63,940 bases of DNA, filler included, from 5 parts of 5 records of this genome joined end to end with filler, not necessarily neighbours in it, one strand, 5' to 3'. Shown: positions 10,318 to 19,180, numbered from the whole stretch's first letter. Notes: generated by a model not told the origin, from the sequence alone. A program made the numbers and translations.

Positions 10318-10500
10318 TTCTGTCGTGACGGTCAGCCGGCCACGGCAACTGTAAAGACTGTCCGCGCCTGCGTAAAAGAAGTGCAAAGCCGCCGCTGATC
10401 GCCTGACTTTCCCCGGAAGTTCCGTACTCTGAAATTAGGGAGCAGCCACAGAGTGTTCGTGGATGCTAATCCGGGATCTGAAAAGATCGGGAGAAGAGCG

Positions 10501-10935
10501 ATGAAAGCATTTCTGATTGGCAGTTGTTTCGTTGGCCTGATAATGGCCACCAGCCCGGCTGTGGCAGACTCTGACAGGCGGGAGAACCACAGGGCAGGGT
10601 TCCACCAGAAAGTGGACCACGACAGGGGCATACCCCACCACAAGAAGCTTCTGTCATCCCGGCACCGCGATGCGGATGCACACCACGGCCACCGGGATCG
10701 CAAGCATGGCTGGAAAAACAAGGCTCACAACCGACACAAACACGGTTGGAAGCATAAGAAGTACCACCAGAAAAGGCATGGTTACCATGGCCACAAGCGC
10801 CATTGGAACAAACACCGTCACCATTACCGGGATGATCGTGGCACCCGTTTCCGGTTCTACTACAACAACGGCACCTACCCCATGGAGTATCAGGTGCTGC
10901 AGGGCGCTCAGCTACTGATTGACGTAACTCGTTGA
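10501..10935 (+). CDS. His/Lys/Arg-rich exported low-complexity protein
   Basis: 144 aa from ATG 10501 (GGAGAAGAG upstream); signal peptide ending AVA|D; 22 His; KHGWK repeated twice. Confidence 0.7.
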   Translation: MKAFLIGSCFVGLIMATSPAVADSDRRENHRAGFHQKVDHDRGIPHHKKLLSSRHRDADAHHGHRDRKHGWKNKAHNRHKHGWKHKKYHQKRHGYHGHKRHWNKHRHHYRDDRGTRFRFYYNNGTYPMEYQVLQGAQLLIDVTR

Positions 10936-11172
10936 TTGTTTGGGTTAAAGCCTCTCGCCGGCGCCTGTGAACGGCGCCGGCTCTTCAGTCCAATCAGTAT
11001 CAGCGGCACGACGATCATGGTGCTGCCAGCCAGGAACCAGAGGTCCGGCACTTCGGAGAACCAGACCCAGCCAATGCCGACTGCCCAGATCAGGCCGGTG
11101 TATTCGGCGCTGGTCACCTGGTTGGCATCCACCTGCTGGTAAGCCAGCAAAACGGTGATGTTGTAGCCCAGA
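10908..11172 (-). CDS. DMT/EamA family permease, C-terminal part (5' end lost at contig break)
   Basis: Frame open to the linker; AEYTGLIWAVGIGWVWFSEVPD is a typical EamA C-terminal motif. Confidence 0.8.
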
Positions 11173-11272
11173 NNNNNNNNNNNNNNNNNNNNNNNNNNNN
11201 NNNNNNNNNNNNNNNNTTAATTAATTAANNNNNNNNNNNNNNNNNNNNNNNNNNNNNNNNNNNNNNNNNNNN
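11173..11272. other. Artificial contig linker
   Basis: 44 N + TTAATTAATTAA (stops in all six frames) + 44 N; identical to the three other linkers. Confidence 0.99.
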
Positions 11273-11300
11273 TGTGCTCTACCAGCTGAGCTATTCCCGC
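11273..11300 (-). tRNA. tRNA-Gly, 5' part only (truncated by contig end; anticodon not visible, GCC expected)
   Basis: Reverse complement reads GCGGGAATAGCTCAGCTGGTAGAGCACA, the acceptor strand and D-arm of tRNA-Gly. It lies at the conserved position after pgsA. Confidence 0.88.
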
Positions 11301-11335
11301 TTTGGCGTCGACTGTTTGCCTCGACGCGGATCAGC

Positions 11336-11363
11336 ATTCTACTCAAGCGCCCTGGTCTGTCAA
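11336..11363 (-). promoter_or_regulatory. Sigma70 promoter of the tRNA-Gly gene
   Basis: Minus strand TTGACA (11363-11358), 16-bp spacer, TAGAAT (11341-11336), followed by a GC-rich discriminator typical of stable-RNA promoters. Confidence 0.85.
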
Positions 11364-11381
11364 CCCATTTTCTCTGTTTTT

Positions 11382-11987
11382 TCAGGGTCTTGGACGTGAA
11401 CGCCGGAACTGCGGCGCCGCCGCCTTCAGATACAGAAACATCGACCATAAAGTGAGCAACATAGCCACATACAGACAAAGGTAACTCAACCAGAGAATCG
11501 GCGTCATGAGCATGCCCCCGCCCACGTCATAGCCGGGCTGGACCGCCAGCAACAGGGTAATGGCCACCATTTGGGTCACTGTCTTTATTTTGCCAATGGC
11601 GCTGACCGCCACCTTGGCCCGCATACCCAGCTCCGCCATCCATTCCCGTAGCGCCGACACGGTGATTTCCCGGCACACGATAACCATGGCCGGAGCAGTG
11701 AGCCAGAGCGTGGCATGCTGTTGCACCAGCATCAGCAGCGCCACCGCCACGATCAGCTTGTCCGCCACCGGATCCAGAAAGGCACCGAAGGGACTGGTTT
11801 GCCCCAGTTTCCGGGCCAGATAGCCATCCAGCCAGTCGGTCAGCCCGGCGGCCAGGAACAGCACCGCCGCCACCATGTTGCTGCCTTTGAACGGCAGGTA
11901 AAACGCCGCCACCAGGACCGGAATAGCGGCGACGCGGATCAGGGTCAGGATATTCGGCAGATTCAAAATCGGAGAGTGCGCAGGCAT
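11382..11987 (-). CDS. pgsA: CDP-diacylglycerol--glycerol-3-phosphate 3-phosphatidyltransferase
   Basis: NLPNILT and TDWLDGYLAR..FGAFLDPVADK CDP-alcohol transferase motif; uvrY-uvrC-pgsA-tRNAGly synteny. Confidence 0.96.
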   Translation of the reverse strand: MPAHSPILNLPNILTLIRVAAIPVLVAAFYLPFKGSNMVAAVLFLAAGLTDWLDGYLARKLGQTSPFGAFLDPVADKLIVAVALLMLVQQHATLWLTAPAMVIVCREITVSALREWMAELGMRAKVAVSAIGKIKTVTQMVAITLLLAVQPGYDVGGGMLMTPILWLSYLCLYVAMLLTLWSMFLYLKAAAPQFRRSRPRP

Positions 11988-12094
11988 GAACCACTTCGAC
12001 CGGCTGAAAAAAAACCAGTATAGCGGAATCCCGCCATCATCTCATTGCCAGACTGCTTTTGTGGGTATGGGCGTGAGGCCCCAGGCAAGAGAGG

Positions 12095-13915
12095 CTAGCC
12101 GTGAAACCAGTCGTATATGGTTTGGGCGGTCTGGGCGTTGACGCCCTCCACCCGGGCCAGTTCCTCCTTGGAGGCATTGCGCAATTGCTTGAGGCCGCCA
12201 AAATGGCTCAGCAATGCCTTGCGCCTCTTGGGCCCTACTCCTGGAATCTCCTCCAGTCCCGAGCGGCGGGCCTTGGCCCGGCGGGCACGGTGGCCGGTGA
12301 TGGCGAAACGGTGGGCCTCGTCGCGGATCTGCTGCAGCAAATGCAGCGCTGAATCGCCGCCACCGGGCACCAGCTCACGGCCATCGGGCAGATATAACGC
12401 CTCAAGTCCCGGCTTGCGGGTCGGCCCCTTGCCAATCCCCATGACCAGAATACGGTTATCCAGCTGCAAGGACTGGATCACCTCGAAGGCGCGCCGCATC
12501 TGCCCCTTGCCGCCGTCGATCAACAATAGATCCGGCAAACGCCCTTCCTCCTTGACCACACGCTGATAGCGGCGGCGGACCGCTTCCTCCAGCGCCTGGT
12601 AGTCATCACCGCCCTGGTCCGGGGTCACATTGAAATGACGGTAATCGCCCTTGCGCGGTCCATGCTGATCGAATACCACGCAGGAGGCCACCGCCCTTTC
12701 TCCCTGGGTGTGGCTGATATCAAAGCACTCCACGTGGCGGATCGGCGCGTCCGCCTCCAGCAGGGTCTCCAGAGCGTGGAAGCGGCTCTCCAGATGTTCG
12801 CGGGCCGCCAGGTCCCCGGCGATGGTCTGCTCGGCGTTGGTTTTGGCCATGTTGAGCCAGGCGGAACGCCCTGCCCTGACCCGCCAGGCCAGCCGGATCT
12901 GCCGTTGATAGCGGCCGGCCAAGGCCTCCTGCAGAGCCTCGGCACCGGGAAGTGCCATTGGCAGCAGAATTTCCTTCGGGATCGACTGCTCATCCCGTTC
13001 GCCCAGGTAGTACTGAGCCAGGAAGGCCTCCAGGATTTCCTCCTGATTATCCTCACCACGGGTATCCGGACGGAAGCTGCGATGCCCCAGCACCCGGCCC
13101 TGCCGGACCATCAGCACCTCGATCACCGCCAGGCCATGACGGGTGGCTATGGCCACCGCGTCCACATTGCCGCTGCCGGCTTCCACATTTTGCTTCTGCT
13201 GCACCGCCTGCACCGCGGCCAGTTGATCACGCAACTCCGCCGCGCGCTCGAACTCCAGCCGCTCGGCGGCGGCTTCCATTTCCCGGGTCAGCCGGCGGGT
13301 CACCTCACGGCTACGGCCGGAGAGAAAATCTATTGCCATTCGTACCTGGGTGGCGTAATGCTCCTCGGATACCAGATCCACGCAGGGCGCGGTACAGCGA
13401 TGGATCTGATACTGCAGACAGGGGCGGGAGCGGTTACGGAAGAAGCTGTCGCGGCAATTGCGGATCAGGAACACCTTTTCGATCAGCGCCAACGTTTCAC
13501 GGACACTGCCAGCGCTGGGATAAGGTCCAAAATACTGGGCCCCGGGGCGCCGGCTGCCGCGATGGAAAGTCACCCGGGGAAAGCGGTCCGAGGTGGTAAT
13601 CTTGATGTACGGATAGGACTTGTCGTCCCGCAGCAGAATGTTGTAAGGAGGCCGCAACGTCTTGATCAGCGACTGTTCCAGCAACAGCGCTTCCGCCTCG
13701 CTGCCGGTGACGGTGGTCTCCACCGCTTCGATCTTGGCCACCAGTGCGCGGGTCTTGGCGGAATCCACGCGCTTCTGGAAATAACTGGAAAGCCGGGCCC
13801 GCAAATCCCGCGCCTTGCCCACGTACAGCACGCCGCCTTTGCCGTCCAGCATGCGGTACACCCCCGGAGTACGCGGGCAATGGGCGAGGAAATGCTTGGC
13901 GTCGAAACTGGACAA
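12095..13915 (-). CDS. uvrC: Excinuclease ABC subunit C
   Basis: GIY-YIG (PGVYRM..LYVGKA), UVR domain, RNase H-like (ECFDISH, LIDGGKGQ) and HhH. Likely TTG start at 13915 after GGAG; GTG 13921 is an alternative. Confidence 0.96.
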   Translation of the reverse strand: MSSFDAKHFLAHCPRTPGVYRMLDGKGGVLYVGKARDLRARLSSYFQKRVDSAKTRALVAKIEAVETTVTGSEAEALLLEQSLIKTLRPPYNILLRDDKSYPYIKITTSDRFPRVTFHRGSRRPGAQYFGPYPSAGSVRETLALIEKVFLIRNCRDSFFRNRSRPCLQYQIHRCTAPCVDLVSEEHYATQVRMAIDFLSGRSREVTRRLTREMEAAAERLEFERAAELRDQLAAVQAVQQKQNVEAGSGNVDAVAIATRHGLAVIEVLMVRQGRVLGHRSFRPDTRGEDNQEEILEAFLAQYYLGERDEQSIPKEILLPMALPGAEALQEALAGRYQRQIRLAWRVRAGRSAWLNMAKTNAEQTIAGDLAAREHLESRFHALETLLEADAPIRHVECFDISHTQGERAVASCVVFDQHGPRKGDYRHFNVTPDQGGDDYQALEEAVRRRYQRVVKEEGRLPDLLLIDGGKGQMRRAFEVIQSLQLDNRILVMGIGKGPTRKPGLEALYLPDGRELVPGGGDSALHLLQQIRDEAHRFAITGHRARRAKARRSGLEEIPGVGPKRRKALLSHFGGLKQLRNASKEELARVEGVNAQTAQTIYDWFHG

Positions 13916-13988
13916 GTTCACTCCGAATTGATGGGCTGCGGGAACGGCCGGCGGCCGCCCGGTAACCCAAGCCCGCCGCGCGGAACGC

Positions 13989-14015
13989 AAAACGCCCGTG
14001 CCGGAGCACGGGCGT
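13989..14015 (-). terminator. Putative intrinsic terminator between uvrY and uvrC
   Basis: Perfect 10-bp stem ACGCCCGTGC / GCACGGGCGT with a 4-nt loop, followed by a short T run on the minus strand. Confidence 0.6.
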
Positions 14016-14071
14016 CGCACAGTTTAACAAAATCCGGGTTTAGCAAAATCCGGCTGGACTGGCGGGTGCTT

Positions 14072-14722
14072 TTACAGAGCCACCGCTTCGTGGGCGTTGA
14101 CCAGGCCATGACGCACCGCGATCAGCGCCATTTCCATGTCACTGGTGATGCCGAGCTTATCGAAAATCCGATACCGGTAGGTGTTGACCGTCTTTGGCGA
14201 CAGGCACAGCTGATCGGCCACATCCTGCACTTTGAAGCGGTTGACGATCATCGTCATGATCTGCAATTCCCGTTCGGACAGTACATCCAGTGCCGCCGGC
14301 GTCGGCTTGTAGGCGCGCAACGCCATCGCCTGCGCGATGTCCGGGCTGATATAGCGCTGACCGCTTTGCACCACCTTGATCGCCCGCACCATTTCTTCCA
14401 GATCCGCCCCCTTGGTCATGTAACCGGCGGCGCCGGCCTCCATCACCCGGGAAGGAAACGGTTCTTCCTCGCAAACGGTTACCGCGATGATGCGAATGCC
14501 GTCGTCCTGCTTCATCATTTTACGGGTGGCAACCAGTCCGCCCATGCCGGGCATCTTGATGTCCATCAGCACCACGTCCGGTTCCAGATCGCGGGCCAGC
14601 TTCACCGCCTCTTCGCCGGAGGCGGCTTCCCCAATGACCCGGATGCCATCCTGGTCACTCAGCATCCGGCTAATGCCGGTACGCACCAACTCGTGGTCGT
14701 CCACCACCATTACTTTGATCAT
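14072..14722 (-). CDS. uvrY: UvrY/GacA/SirA response regulator
   Basis: REC domain (VVDDH, VVLMDIKMPG) plus LuxR HTH with LSPKTVNTYRYRIFDKL; lies upstream of uvrC. Confidence 0.95.
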   Translation of the reverse strand: MIKVMVVDDHELVRTGISRMLSDQDGIRVIGEAASGEEAVKLARDLEPDVVLMDIKMPGMGGLVATRKMMKQDDGIRIIAVTVCEEEPFPSRVMEAGAAGYMTKGADLEEMVRAIKVVQSGQRYISPDIAQAMALRAYKPTPAALDVLSERELQIMTMIVNRFKVQDVADQLCLSPKTVNTYRYRIFDKLGITSDMEMALIAVRHGLVNAHEAVAL

Positions 14723-14996
14723 CGTCGAATCTCCCCCACGTCGATCCTTGAGTGTGGTTTTTGTTGTCGGAAGTCACCCCGGTTCCCCCTTGGCATGGCT
14801 TCCTCTCCATGACTAACAGACAGAGGCCGGACATCCGAAAAGGCCCATTAAGCCTAACCCGCGACGGCCGCTCTGCCTAGAGAGCGCACCAACATTGAGC
14901 GCTTTGGACTTTGGTCGCATTGACCAGCTTCACACTTTGCGGTTAATTCTGTGATGGACATGTCTTACCCGACTGCGCAGCGAATAAGGATTAATC

Positions 14997-16676
14997 ATGA
15001 GCGCCATCGTCTTATTGATCCTCGGGCTGGGCGGCATGGCCGCCGGCTATTTTGTCTATTCCCGTTTCATCGCCGATAAAATCTACAAACTCGACCCCAA
15101 TTTCGAAACACCCGCCCATTCCATGGAAGACGGCGTGGATTTCGTGCCCACCAACAAATTCGTGCTCTGGGGCCACCATTTCACCTCCGTGGCCGGGGCC
15201 GCACCCATCGTGGGCCCTGCCATCGCCGTGATCTGGGGCTGGTTGCCGGCGTTTTTATGGGTGGTGTTCGGCACCATTTTCTTCGCCGGTGTCCACGATT
15301 CCGGCGCGATCTGGGCCAGTGTCCGCAATCGGGCGCAGTCGGTGGGCAGTCTCACCGGCGAGGTGGTCGGTCCACGCGCCCGCAGCGTGTTCATGATCGT
15401 TATTTTCCTGGTGCTGCTGATGGTCAACGCGGTCTTCGGCGTGGTCATCGCCCGCTTGCTGATCAACAATCCCGGCGCGGTCCTGCCGGTATGGGGCGCC
15501 ATCGCCGTGGCGCTGGTGATCGGCCAGATGATCTACCGCTGGAAACTGAATCTGGCGGTGGTCTCCCTGCTGGGCGTGGTAGCCCTGTACGCGTTGATCT
15601 GGGTCGGCCCATCAGTGCCGGTCACCTTGCCGGAATCCACATTCGGTCTCTCCGCCAACGCCGCCTGGATCCTGATTTTATTCGCCTATGCCGCCATCGC
15701 CTCGTTGCTGCCGGTGTGGGTGTTGCTGCAACCCCGTGATTACATCAACGGACTGCAGCTCTTTGTCGGCCTGATCCTGCTTTATGGCGCCATGCTGATC
15801 GCCAATCCGACGGTGGTGGCCCCGGCGTTCAACGTCGACGTCCCGGCCGGCACACCGCCTCTGCTGCCCCTGCTGTTCGTGACCATTGCCTGTGGCGCGA
15901 TCTCCGGGTTCCATGGTCTGGTCGCCTCCGGCACCACGTCCAAACAGCTGAACAAGGAAACCGACGCTCGTTTCGTCGGCTATTTCGGCGCCATCGGCGA
16001 AGGCGCTTTGGCACTGGCCGCGATCCTGGCCGCCACCGCCGGTTTCGCGTCTCTCGCTGAATGGCGTGAAATCTATTCCGCCTTCGGCAAGGGCGGTGTG
16101 CAGGCGTTCGTCGACGGTGGCGCCGCCATCCTCAGCGCCGGCACCGGCATCAACGCCGCGGTGGCCGGCACCATGCTGACCGTGATGGCGGCCCTGTTCG
16201 CCGGCACCACCATGGATACCGGCCTGCGTCTGCAGCGCTACATTTTCCAGGAGTGGGGAGAAATCTATAACCTCGCCTGGATGCGCCGCCCGATGCCCGC
16301 CACTCTGCTGGCGGTAGGTGCCTGCGTACTGCTGGCCTTCGGCGCCGGCGGCGCGGACGGTTCCGGTGGTCTGTTGATCTGGCCGTTGTTCGGCACCACC
16401 AACCAACTGCTCGCTGGCCTCACCCTGCTGGTGGTCACGGTAATGCTGGTCCGGCTTGGCCGCCCCACCCGCTACACACTGGTGCCGCTGGTGTTCCTGC
16501 TGGTAATGACGCTGGCGGCGCTTCTGATCCAGCTGCGCGGCTTCTATGAGAAACAAGACTGGTTCCTGCTCACTCTGGATCTGGTGGTCCTGGTGGCGGC
16601 GGTGCTGGTGACCCTGGAATGCACCGCCAGTCTGCGTCGGCATAAGAAAGCCCGGGAAGCCGAGGCGGAAGGGTGA
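14997..16676 (+). CDS. cstA: Carbon starvation CstA family transporter
   Basis: DGVDFVPT..LWGHHFTSVAGAAPIVGP, LLQPRDYIN, TIACGAISGFH and IWPLFGTTNQLLA motifs; polytopic. Confidence 0.95.
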   Translation: MSAIVLLILGLGGMAAGYFVYSRFIADKIYKLDPNFETPAHSMEDGVDFVPTNKFVLWGHHFTSVAGAAPIVGPAIAVIWGWLPAFLWVVFGTIFFAGVHDSGAIWASVRNRAQSVGSLTGEVVGPRARSVFMIVIFLVLLMVNAVFGVVIARLLINNPGAVLPVWGAIAVALVIGQMIYRWKLNLAVVSLLGVVALYALIWVGPSVPVTLPESTFGLSANAAWILILFAYAAIASLLPVWVLLQPRDYINGLQLFVGLILLYGAMLIANPTVVAPAFNVDVPAGTPPLLPLLFVTIACGAISGFHGLVASGTTSKQLNKETDARFVGYFGAIGEGALALAAILAATAGFASLAEWREIYSAFGKGGVQAFVDGGAAILSAGTGINAAVAGTMLTVMAALFAGTTMDTGLRLQRYIFQEWGEIYNLAWMRRPMPATLLAVGACVLLAFGAGGADGSGGLLIWPLFGTTNQLLAGLTLLVVTVMLVRLGRPTRYTLVPLVFLLVMTLAALLIQLRGFYEKQDWFLLTLDLVVLVAAVLVTLECTASLRRHKKAREAEAEG

Positions 16677-16957
16677 AAGCGGTGACCCTGCTCGGCAATC
16701 TCAAGCGCTGGTATCGGCGCGCCGGGGAACTGGGGGCGGAGTATTACAACGCCCCCTACCGGTCCGCCATCGCCCGCGCCCGCCGGGACGAAGACGACCT
16801 GTTCATGCTCATGGTCTTCTCCGAGACCATGGGCATTCCCAATCCGGCCAGTTGGTATACGCTGGAACTGCAGCCGCTGCTGATGGAACGATTCCACGAC
16901 TGGCACCGGCGCATGGGCATGCCCCATTCACCACTGGATAATTTCCGTTGTTGCTGA
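16673..16957 (+). CDS. Small CstA-associated protein ending in Cys-Cys (cory-CC-star-like)
   Basis: 94 aa, GTG start overlapping the cstA stop (GTGA); GIPNP motif; ends FRCC*. Confidence 0.82.
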   Translation: MKAVTLLGNLKRWYRRAGELGAEYYNAPYRSAIARARRDEDDLFMLMVFSETMGIPNPASWYTLELQPLLMERFHDWHRRMGMPHSPLDNFRCC

Positions 16958-16996
16958 GCGCTGTCGCCGGCAAGTTCGTCAACGAGACTCACCACA

Positions 16997-18010
16997 ATGC
17001 CGGAACTCAATCTGCATGACCTTCTCAGCCAGCACCGGCAGTTGATGGTCGGTGGCAAGGGCGGCGTGGGCAAGACCACGGTGGCTTCGGCGCTGGCCCT
17101 GGCCGCCGCCAATCTTGGCCGCCGCACGCTGCTGGTATCCACCGATCCGGCCCACAGCCTGGCCGACGCTTTTGATCGCGAGATTGGCAATCGGGAACAA
17201 GCCCTTGCGGTCAATCTCACCGCCCTGGAAGTGGATCCCGAACAAGAGGTCGACGAGCATCTGCAGCGGGTGCGCGCACAAATGGCCCGGTTCGCCAGGC
17301 CCGAGCAGCGCTCCGCCATGGAGCACCAGCTCAAACTCAGCCGCCAGGCGCCCGGTGCTCAGGAAGCCGCGCTGCTGGAGCGTCTTACCACCATTATGGA
17401 AGAGGCCCGCGAGCGCTTTGACCTGGTTGTTTTCGACACCGCCCCCACCGGCCACACCTTGCGCCTGCTGAGTTTGCCGGAGGTGATGGCGGCCTGGAGC
17501 GAGGGGCTGTTGCGGCAACACCGCCGCTCCGAACAGTTGGGCAAGGTACTATCCCACCTGACCCCCGGCCGCGATCTGGATAGCCCGGTCAATACGCCGG
17601 AAGAACATCAACTGGCCGGTCTGGATGACCGTACCCGCGATCTGGCGGCCCCGTTGATCGAACGCCAACGCCGCTTCCAGAAAGCCCGCCGTCTTCTCTC
17701 CGACCCAGAGCACAGCGCTTTTCTATTTGTTCTGACACCGGAGCGCCTGCCCATTCTGGAAACCGGACGGGCCGTGCACAGCCTCAAGGAGGCCGGCATT
17801 CCGGTGGCCGGAGCGGTGGTTAACCGCGTGCTGCCAGACGGCGCCGAAGGGGCCTTCTTCCAGGCCCGGCGCGAGCGCGAGCAAAGGATGATGCAGGAGC
17901 TGGCGCAACGGCTGGACCCGTTGCCCCGGCGGCAAGTACCCTTGTTCGTCGATGACATTCAGGGACTGCCCGCACTGGAGGCTTTTGCTTCCCGTCTGCT
18001 GGGCAGGTGA
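16997..18010 (+). CDS. ArsA/Get3-like single-domain ATPase
   Basis: Deviant Walker A GKGGVGKTT, switch I STDPAHSL and switch II DTAPTGH; no cysteines in the protein. Confidence 0.92.
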   Translation: MPELNLHDLLSQHRQLMVGGKGGVGKTTVASALALAAANLGRRTLLVSTDPAHSLADAFDREIGNREQALAVNLTALEVDPEQEVDEHLQRVRAQMARFARPEQRSAMEHQLKLSRQAPGAQEAALLERLTTIMEEARERFDLVVFDTAPTGHTLRLLSLPEVMAAWSEGLLRQHRRSEQLGKVLSHLTPGRDLDSPVNTPEEHQLAGLDDRTRDLAAPLIERQRRFQKARRLLSDPEHSAFLFVLTPERLPILETGRAVHSLKEAGIPVAGAVVNRVLPDGAEGAFFQARREREQRMMQELAQRLDPLPRRQVPLFVDDIQGLPALEAFASRLLGR

Positions 18011-18038
18011 ACCTCATTTTGCCCCGTTCGGATACCTC

Positions 18039-18671
18039 ATGGCTCTGCACACCTGGTTCGCTTTCTTCGTGGCCTGCTGGCTGATCTGCCTGTCACCCGG
18101 CGCCGGCGCTGTCGCGTCCATGTCCACGGGGCTGCGCTACGGCGTTCTGCGCGGGGGTTGGAACATCCTGGGTCTGGAGCTGGGTTTGGTTTTGCAGATT
18201 GCCATTGTCGCCGCCGGCGTCGGCGCCCTGCTCGCCACCTCGGCTCTGGCCTTCGCTCTGATCAAGTGGTTCGGGGTCGCCTACCTGCTCTATCTGGCGG
18301 TCCGACAATGGCGCGCCCCCACTCAGGACTACGATACTCTTGGCGACGATCATCAGGGGCGTCGCCGTAGCGTACTGCTGATCCGGGGCTTTCTGATCAA
18401 CGCCAGCAATCCCAAAGCCGTGGTCTTCCTGCTCGCGGTCCTGCCCCAGTTTCTCGATCCCTCAGGGCCCATGGCGCGGCAATACACCATCATGGGTCTG
18501 ACCCTGATTACCGTGGATGTAATAGTGATGGCTGGTTACACCGGGCTGGCCGCCCGCGCGCTCAAACTGCTGCGCAGCGCCCGCCAACAGCGGCTGGTGA
18601 ACCGTGGCTTCGCCGCCCTGTTCGCCGCCGCCGCCAGCCTGCTGGCCACCGCCCGCCGGGCAGCGGTCTGA
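18039..18671 (+). CDS. LysE/RhtB family amino-acid exporter
   Basis: SPGAG, KWFGVAYLLYLA and NASNPKA motifs. Start set at ATG 18039. Confidence 0.9.
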   Translation: MALHTWFAFFVACWLICLSPGAGAVASMSTGLRYGVLRGGWNILGLELGLVLQIAIVAAGVGALLATSALAFALIKWFGVAYLLYLAVRQWRAPTQDYDTLGDDHQGRRRSVLLIRGFLINASNPKAVVFLLAVLPQFLDPSGPMARQYTIMGLTLITVDVIVMAGYTGLAARALKLLRSARQQRLVNRGFAALFAAAASLLATARRAAV

Positions 18672-18676
18672 GTGGG

Positions 18677-19087
18677 CTACTCGTTGCGCATCAGGAAGGA
18701 ACCACGGCCGGTGGCCAGCTTGCGGCCTTCTGCGTCGAGCACATCGGCGCTGCCGACCATGACCTTGCGGCCGGCCTTGATGATCTCCCCACGGCAGACG
18801 ATCTCCCCCTGCCCGGTGGGCCTCAGGAAGCTGACATTGAGATCCACCGTGATCGGACCGGCATCGCGCTGATGGTAGGCACGCACGCAGGTACCCAGAA
18901 CCGTGTCGATCAGCACGCAATAAATACCGCCATGCACCATGCCATAGGCCTGTAACAACTCAGGAGTAACCGGCAAGGCAATTTCAGAGCCACCGTCATC
19001 ATTGACCCAATTGATCTTGATGCCCAGGTGGCAGCGAAATGGGTTGTTATTGGTCCAGTTGATTTCGTCTTCGCGAGTCCAGCTCAT
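18677..19087 (-). CDS. PaaI-family hotdog thioesterase
   Basis: QAYGMVHGGIYCVLIDT motif and TVDLNVSFLRP. Start set at ATG 19087 after a CAGGAG RBS. Confidence 0.9.
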   Translation of the reverse strand: MSWTREDEINWTNNNPFRCHLGIKINWVNDDGGSEIALPVTPELLQAYGMVHGGIYCVLIDTVLGTCVRAYHQRDAGPITVDLNVSFLRPTGQGEIVCRGEIIKAGRKVMVGSADVLDAEGRKLATGRGSFLMRNE

Positions 19088-19160
19088 TAACCTGTGCGCT
19101 CCTGTCTGCTTGGCTGAAAAGGGAAAATGGCCGTTGCGGCCAGCATCCGGACCGGCGCAT

Positions 19161-19180
19161 TGTATACTGTATACAGTACA
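19161..19180. promoter_or_regulatory. TGTATAC-repeat operator, putative GntR site 1
   Basis: TGTATACTGTATACAGTACA contains the perfect palindrome TACTGTATACAGTA (19165-19178), in the paaI/gntR divergent region. Confidence 0.72.

Noticed and set aside
11217-11228. TTAATTAATTAA palindrome recurring four times
   Set aside because: Always centred in 44+44 N. It is a synthetic six-frame-stop spacer, not a biological repeat or att site.
16997-18010. Arsenic resistance locus
   Set aside because: Single-domain ATPase with no cysteines and no arsB/acr3/arsC/arsD/arsR nearby; the context is cstA.
19165-19178. LexA (SOS) box TACTGT..ACAGTA
   Set aside because: Only 2 bp lie between CTGT and ACAG instead of 8, and the neighbours are not SOS genes. 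It is better explained as a GntR site.
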